A DNA stretch of 64,000 bases from Macrostomum lignano. Its lineage: Eukaryota. Where the stretch lies: the NCBI GenBank assembly GCA_002269645.1, contig NIVC01000206.1, forward strand, positions 610,803-674,802, in the 5' to 3' direction. The notes under the pieces were generated by a model. The model was not told the DNA's origin. It was given only the letters and a program-made list of their open reading frames with translations, and made no database searches. Within the stretch, counting starts at the first letter, position 1. Each line of letters begins with the position of its first letter. Made by a program: the position numbers and the translations under genes. Below are positions 59,100 to 64,000 of the stretch, one piece after another.

Positions 59100-59595
59100 A
59101 CGGAGAATATGGACAGTGTTGTCTATGGCAGCGGGGAATATGGACAGTGTTGTCTATGGCAGCGGGGAATATGGACAGTGTTGTCTATGGCAGCGGTGAA
59201 TATGGACAGTGTTGTCTATGGCAGCGGGGAATATGGACAGTGTTGTCCATGGCAACGGGTAATATGGACAGTGTTGTCTATGGCAACGGGTAATATGGAC
59301 AGTGTTGTCTATGGTAACGGGGAATATGGACAGTGTTGTCTATGGCAGCGGGGAATATGGACAGTGTTGTCCATGGCAACGGGTAATATGGACAGTGTTG
59401 TCTATGGCAACGGGAAATATGGACAGTGTTGTCTATGGCAACTAAGGGAATATGGACAGTGTTGTCCATGGCAACGAAGGGAATATGGACAGTGTTGTCT
59501 ATGGCAACGAAGGGAATATGGACAGTGTTGTCTATGGCAACTAAGGGAATATGGACAGTGTTGGCCATGGCAACTAAGGGAATATGGACAGTGTT
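59100..59595. repeat. 31-32-bp minisatellite
   Basis: GGAATATGGACAGTGTTGTCTATGGCA... units. Confidence 0.9.
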
Positions 59596-59662
59596 TTCTA
59601 CGGCCAGTTGACCATTTCATCTGCCGAGGCCAACATAATATTTTCAGCACCCTCAGCTGAAA

Positions 59663-60948
<1,286 letters not shown>

Positions 60949-60999
60949 GTGCTGTCTTGCTAAGGGAATTTCTAAGAAGATTAAGGGGAGATCCGTGTG

Positions 61000-63900
61000 A
61001 GGGGAGATTTTTGGAGGGCGGAGAGACTAGAGGAGGGGAGACTCTGAGAGGGGAGACTCGAAGAGGGGAGACTCGGGAGGAGGAGATTCGGGAGGGGAGA
61101 CTCAGGGAGGGGAGACTGGGAGGAGAGACTCGGAAGAGGGGAGACTCGGGAGGAGGAGATTCGGGGAGGGGAGACTCAGGGAGGGGAGACTCGGGGAGGG
61201 GAGACTCGGAAGAGGGGAGACTCGGGAGGAGGAGATTCGTGAGGTGGAGATTCGGGGAGGGGAGACTCGGGAGGAGGAGATTCGTGAGGTGGAGATTCGG
61301 GGAGGGGAGACTCGGAAGAGGGTGAGACTCGGGGAGGGGAGACTCGGAGGAGGGGAGACTCGGGGGGGAGGAGAGACTCGGGGAGGGAGACTCGGGAGGG
61401 AGACTCGGGAAGGGGAGAATCGGGGAGGGAGAATCGGGGAGGAGAGACTTGAGGAGGGGAGACTCGGGGAGGGGAGACTCGGGGAGGGGAGACTCGGGAG
61501 GAGGAGATTCGGGGAGGGGAGACTCGGAGGAGGGAGACTCGGAGGAGAGGAGACTCGGGAGGGGAGACTCGGAGGAGGGGAGACTCGGGGAGTGAGACTC
61601 GGGAGGGGAGACTTGGAGGAGGGGAGACTCGGAGGAGGGGAGACTCGAGGAGGGGAGACTCGGAGGAGGGGAGACTCGGAGGAGGGGAGACTCGGGGAGG
61701 GGAGAATCGGGAGGGGAGAATCGGGGAGGAGAGACTTGAGGAGGGGAGACTCAGGGAGGGGAGACTCGGGGGGAGGAGAGACTCGGGAGGGGAGACTCGG
61801 GGAGGGGAGACTTGGAGGAGGGAGACTCGGAGGAGGGGAGACTCGAGGAGGGGAGACTCGGAGGAGGGGAGACTCGGGGAGGGGAGAATCGGGGAGGAGA
61901 GACTTGAGGAGGGGAGACTCGGGGAGGGGAGACTCGGGAGGGGAGACTCGGAGGAGGGGAGACTTGGAGGAGGGGAGACTCGGGGAGGGGAGAATCGGGG
62001 AGGGGAGAATCGGGGAGGAGAGACTTGAGGAGGGGAGACTCGGGGAGGGGAGACTCGGGGAGGGGAGACTCGGGAGGAGGAGATTCGGGGAGGGGAGACT
62101 CGGAGGAGGGGAGACTCGGAGGAGAGGAGACTCGGGGAGGGGAGACTCGGAGGAGGGGAGACTCGGAGGAGAGGAGACTCGGGGAGGGGAGACTTGGAGG
62201 AGGGAGACTCGGAGGAGGGGAGACTCGAGGAGGGAGACTCGGAGGAGGGGAGACTCGGAGGAGGGGAGACTCGGGGAGGGGAGAATCGGGGAGGGGAGAA
62301 TCGGGGAGGAGAGACTTGAGGAGGGGAGACTCGGGAGGGGAGACTCGGGGGGAGGAGAGACTCGGGAGGGGAGACTCGGGGAGGGGAGACTTGGAGGAGG
62401 GGAGACTCGGAGGAGGGGAGACTCGGGGAGGGGAGACTCGGAGGAGGGAGACTCGGGGAGGGGAGAATCGGGGAGGGAGAATCGGGGGGAGAGACTTGAG
62501 GAGGGGAGACTCGGGGAGGGGAGACTCGGGGAGGGGAGACTCGGAGGAGGGGGAGACTTGGAGGAGGGGAGACTCGGAGGAGGGGAGACTCGAGGAGGGG
62601 AGACTCGAGAGGGGAGACTCGGAGGAGGGGAGACTCGAGGAGGGGAGACTCGGAGGAGGGGAGACTCGGGGAGGGGAGAATCGGGGAGGGGAGAATCGGG
62701 GAGGAGAGACTTGAGGAGGGGAGACTCGGGGAGGGGAGACTCGGGGAGGGGAGACTCGGAGGAGGGAGACTTGGAGGAGGGGAGACTCGGAGGAGGGGAG
62801 ACTCGAGGAGGGGAGACTCGAGGAGGGGAGACTTGGAGGAGGGGAGACTCGGAGGAGGGGAGACTCGAGGAGGGAGACTCGGAGGAGGGGAGACTCGGAG
62901 GAGGGGAGACTCGGGGAGGGGAGAATCGGGGAGGGAGAATCGGGGAGGAGAGACTTGAGGAGGGGAGACTCGGGGAGGGGAGACTCGGGGGGGAGGAGAG
63001 ACTCGGGGAGAGGAGACGGGGAGGGGAGACTTGGAGGAGGGGAGACTCGGAGAGGGGAGACTCGAGGAGGGGAGACTCGGAGGAGGGGAGACTCGGGAGA
63101 GGGGAGACTCGGGGGGGGAGACTCGCGGGAGGAGAGACTTGAGGAGGGGAGACTCGGGGAGGGGAGACCGGGAGAGGGGAGACTCGGAGGAGGGGAGACT
63201 TGGAGGAGGGGAGACTCGGAGGAGGGGAGACTCGAGAGGGGAGACTCGAGGAGGGGAGACTTGGAGGAGGGGAGACTCGGAGGAGGGGAGACTCGAGGAG
63301 GGGAGACTCGGAGGAGGGGAGACTCGGAGGAGGGGAGACTCGGGGAGGGAGAATCGGGGAGGGGAGAATCGGGGAGGAGAGACTTGAGGAGGGAGACTCG
63401 GGGAGGGGAGACTCGGGGGGGAGGGAGAGACTCGGGGAGGGGAGACTCGGGGAGGGAGGACTTGGAGGAGGGGAGACTCGGAGGAGGGGAGACTCGAGGA
63501 GGGGAGACTCGGAGGAGGGGAGACTTGGAGGAGGGAGAGACTCGGAGGAGGGGAGACTCGAGGAGGGGAGACTCGAGGAGGGGAGACTCGGAGGAGGGGA
63601 GACTCGAGGAGGGGAGACTCGAGGAGGGAGACTCGCGGACGAGGGAGGACTCGAAGAGGGGAGACTCGGGAGGAGGAGATTCGGGAGGGGAGACTCGAGG
63701 AGGGGGAGATCGGAGGGGAGACTCGGAAGGGGAGAATCGGAGGAGGGGAGACTCGAGGAGGGAAGACTTGGAGGAGGGAGACTCGGAGGAGGGGAGACTC
63801 TGGGAGGGGAGACTCTGGGAGGGGAGACTCGGGGAGGGGAGACTCGGGGAGGGGAGACTCGGAGGAGGGGAGACCCGGGGAGGGAGACTCGGGGGGGAGA
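61000..63900. repeat. Purine-rich ~15-bp satellite (intronic)
   Basis: GGGGAGACTCGG(A/G)GAG units. Confidence 0.95.
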
Positions 63901-64000
63901 TCGTGGAGGGAAGATTTGAGGGGAGACTCGGGCACGAATGTTTTAGAGTCAGGGAGGAGAGATTTGAGGGGAGATTCTTGGGAAGAAGATATTGAGAGAA

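Noticed and set aside
58959-59660. Cys-rich EYGQCCLWQ repeat ORF
   Set aside because: Derived from a 31-32-bp minisatellite that shifts frame between units
61176-63995. 919-aa and 632-aa ORFs
   Set aside because: Translations of a purine-rich satellite following the donor at 60949; no splice or codon evidence

Overview
Repeat-rich animal genomic DNA: GT-AG introns, GC-rich exons, and large micro- and minisatellite introns. The style is most consistent with a free-living flatworm such as Macrostomum, but that is inference and not verified. Left half (2-35 kb): a centrosomin/CDK5RAP2/myomegalin-like coiled-coil gene (CM1 plus partial CM2), a small coiled-coil gene, a tRNA-derived SINE, a secreted PAN/Apple + LamG/pentraxin-like lectin gene (- strand), an exon encoding (PSPKPE)n, and a second CM2-bearing coiled-coil gene. 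The main discovery, invisible in the ORF track, is at ~40.7-49.2 kb: a non-coding, multi-exon snoRNA host gene (GAS5/UHG-like). It carries about 26 box C/D snoRNAs plus one H/ACA candidate and two weak C/D candidates. These include recognisable guides (U27, U33, U37, U44, U48, U77, U80, snR38, SNORD65, SNORD88, SNORD17, mgU6-47), fused or reshuffled guide pairs, polycistronic introns, paralogues with complementary guide loss, and guides to sites I do not recognise as methylated in human or yeast (18S U8; 28S GTPase centre). Downstream lie an intronless MCTS1, two more lectin paralogues (one a pseudogene), and part of a kyphoscoliosis-peptidase/transglutaminase-like gene. Several MITEs with 8-bp target-site duplications are present. 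rRNA/U6 complementarities were judged against human/yeast/metazoan sequences recalled from memory; the species' own rRNA was not available.
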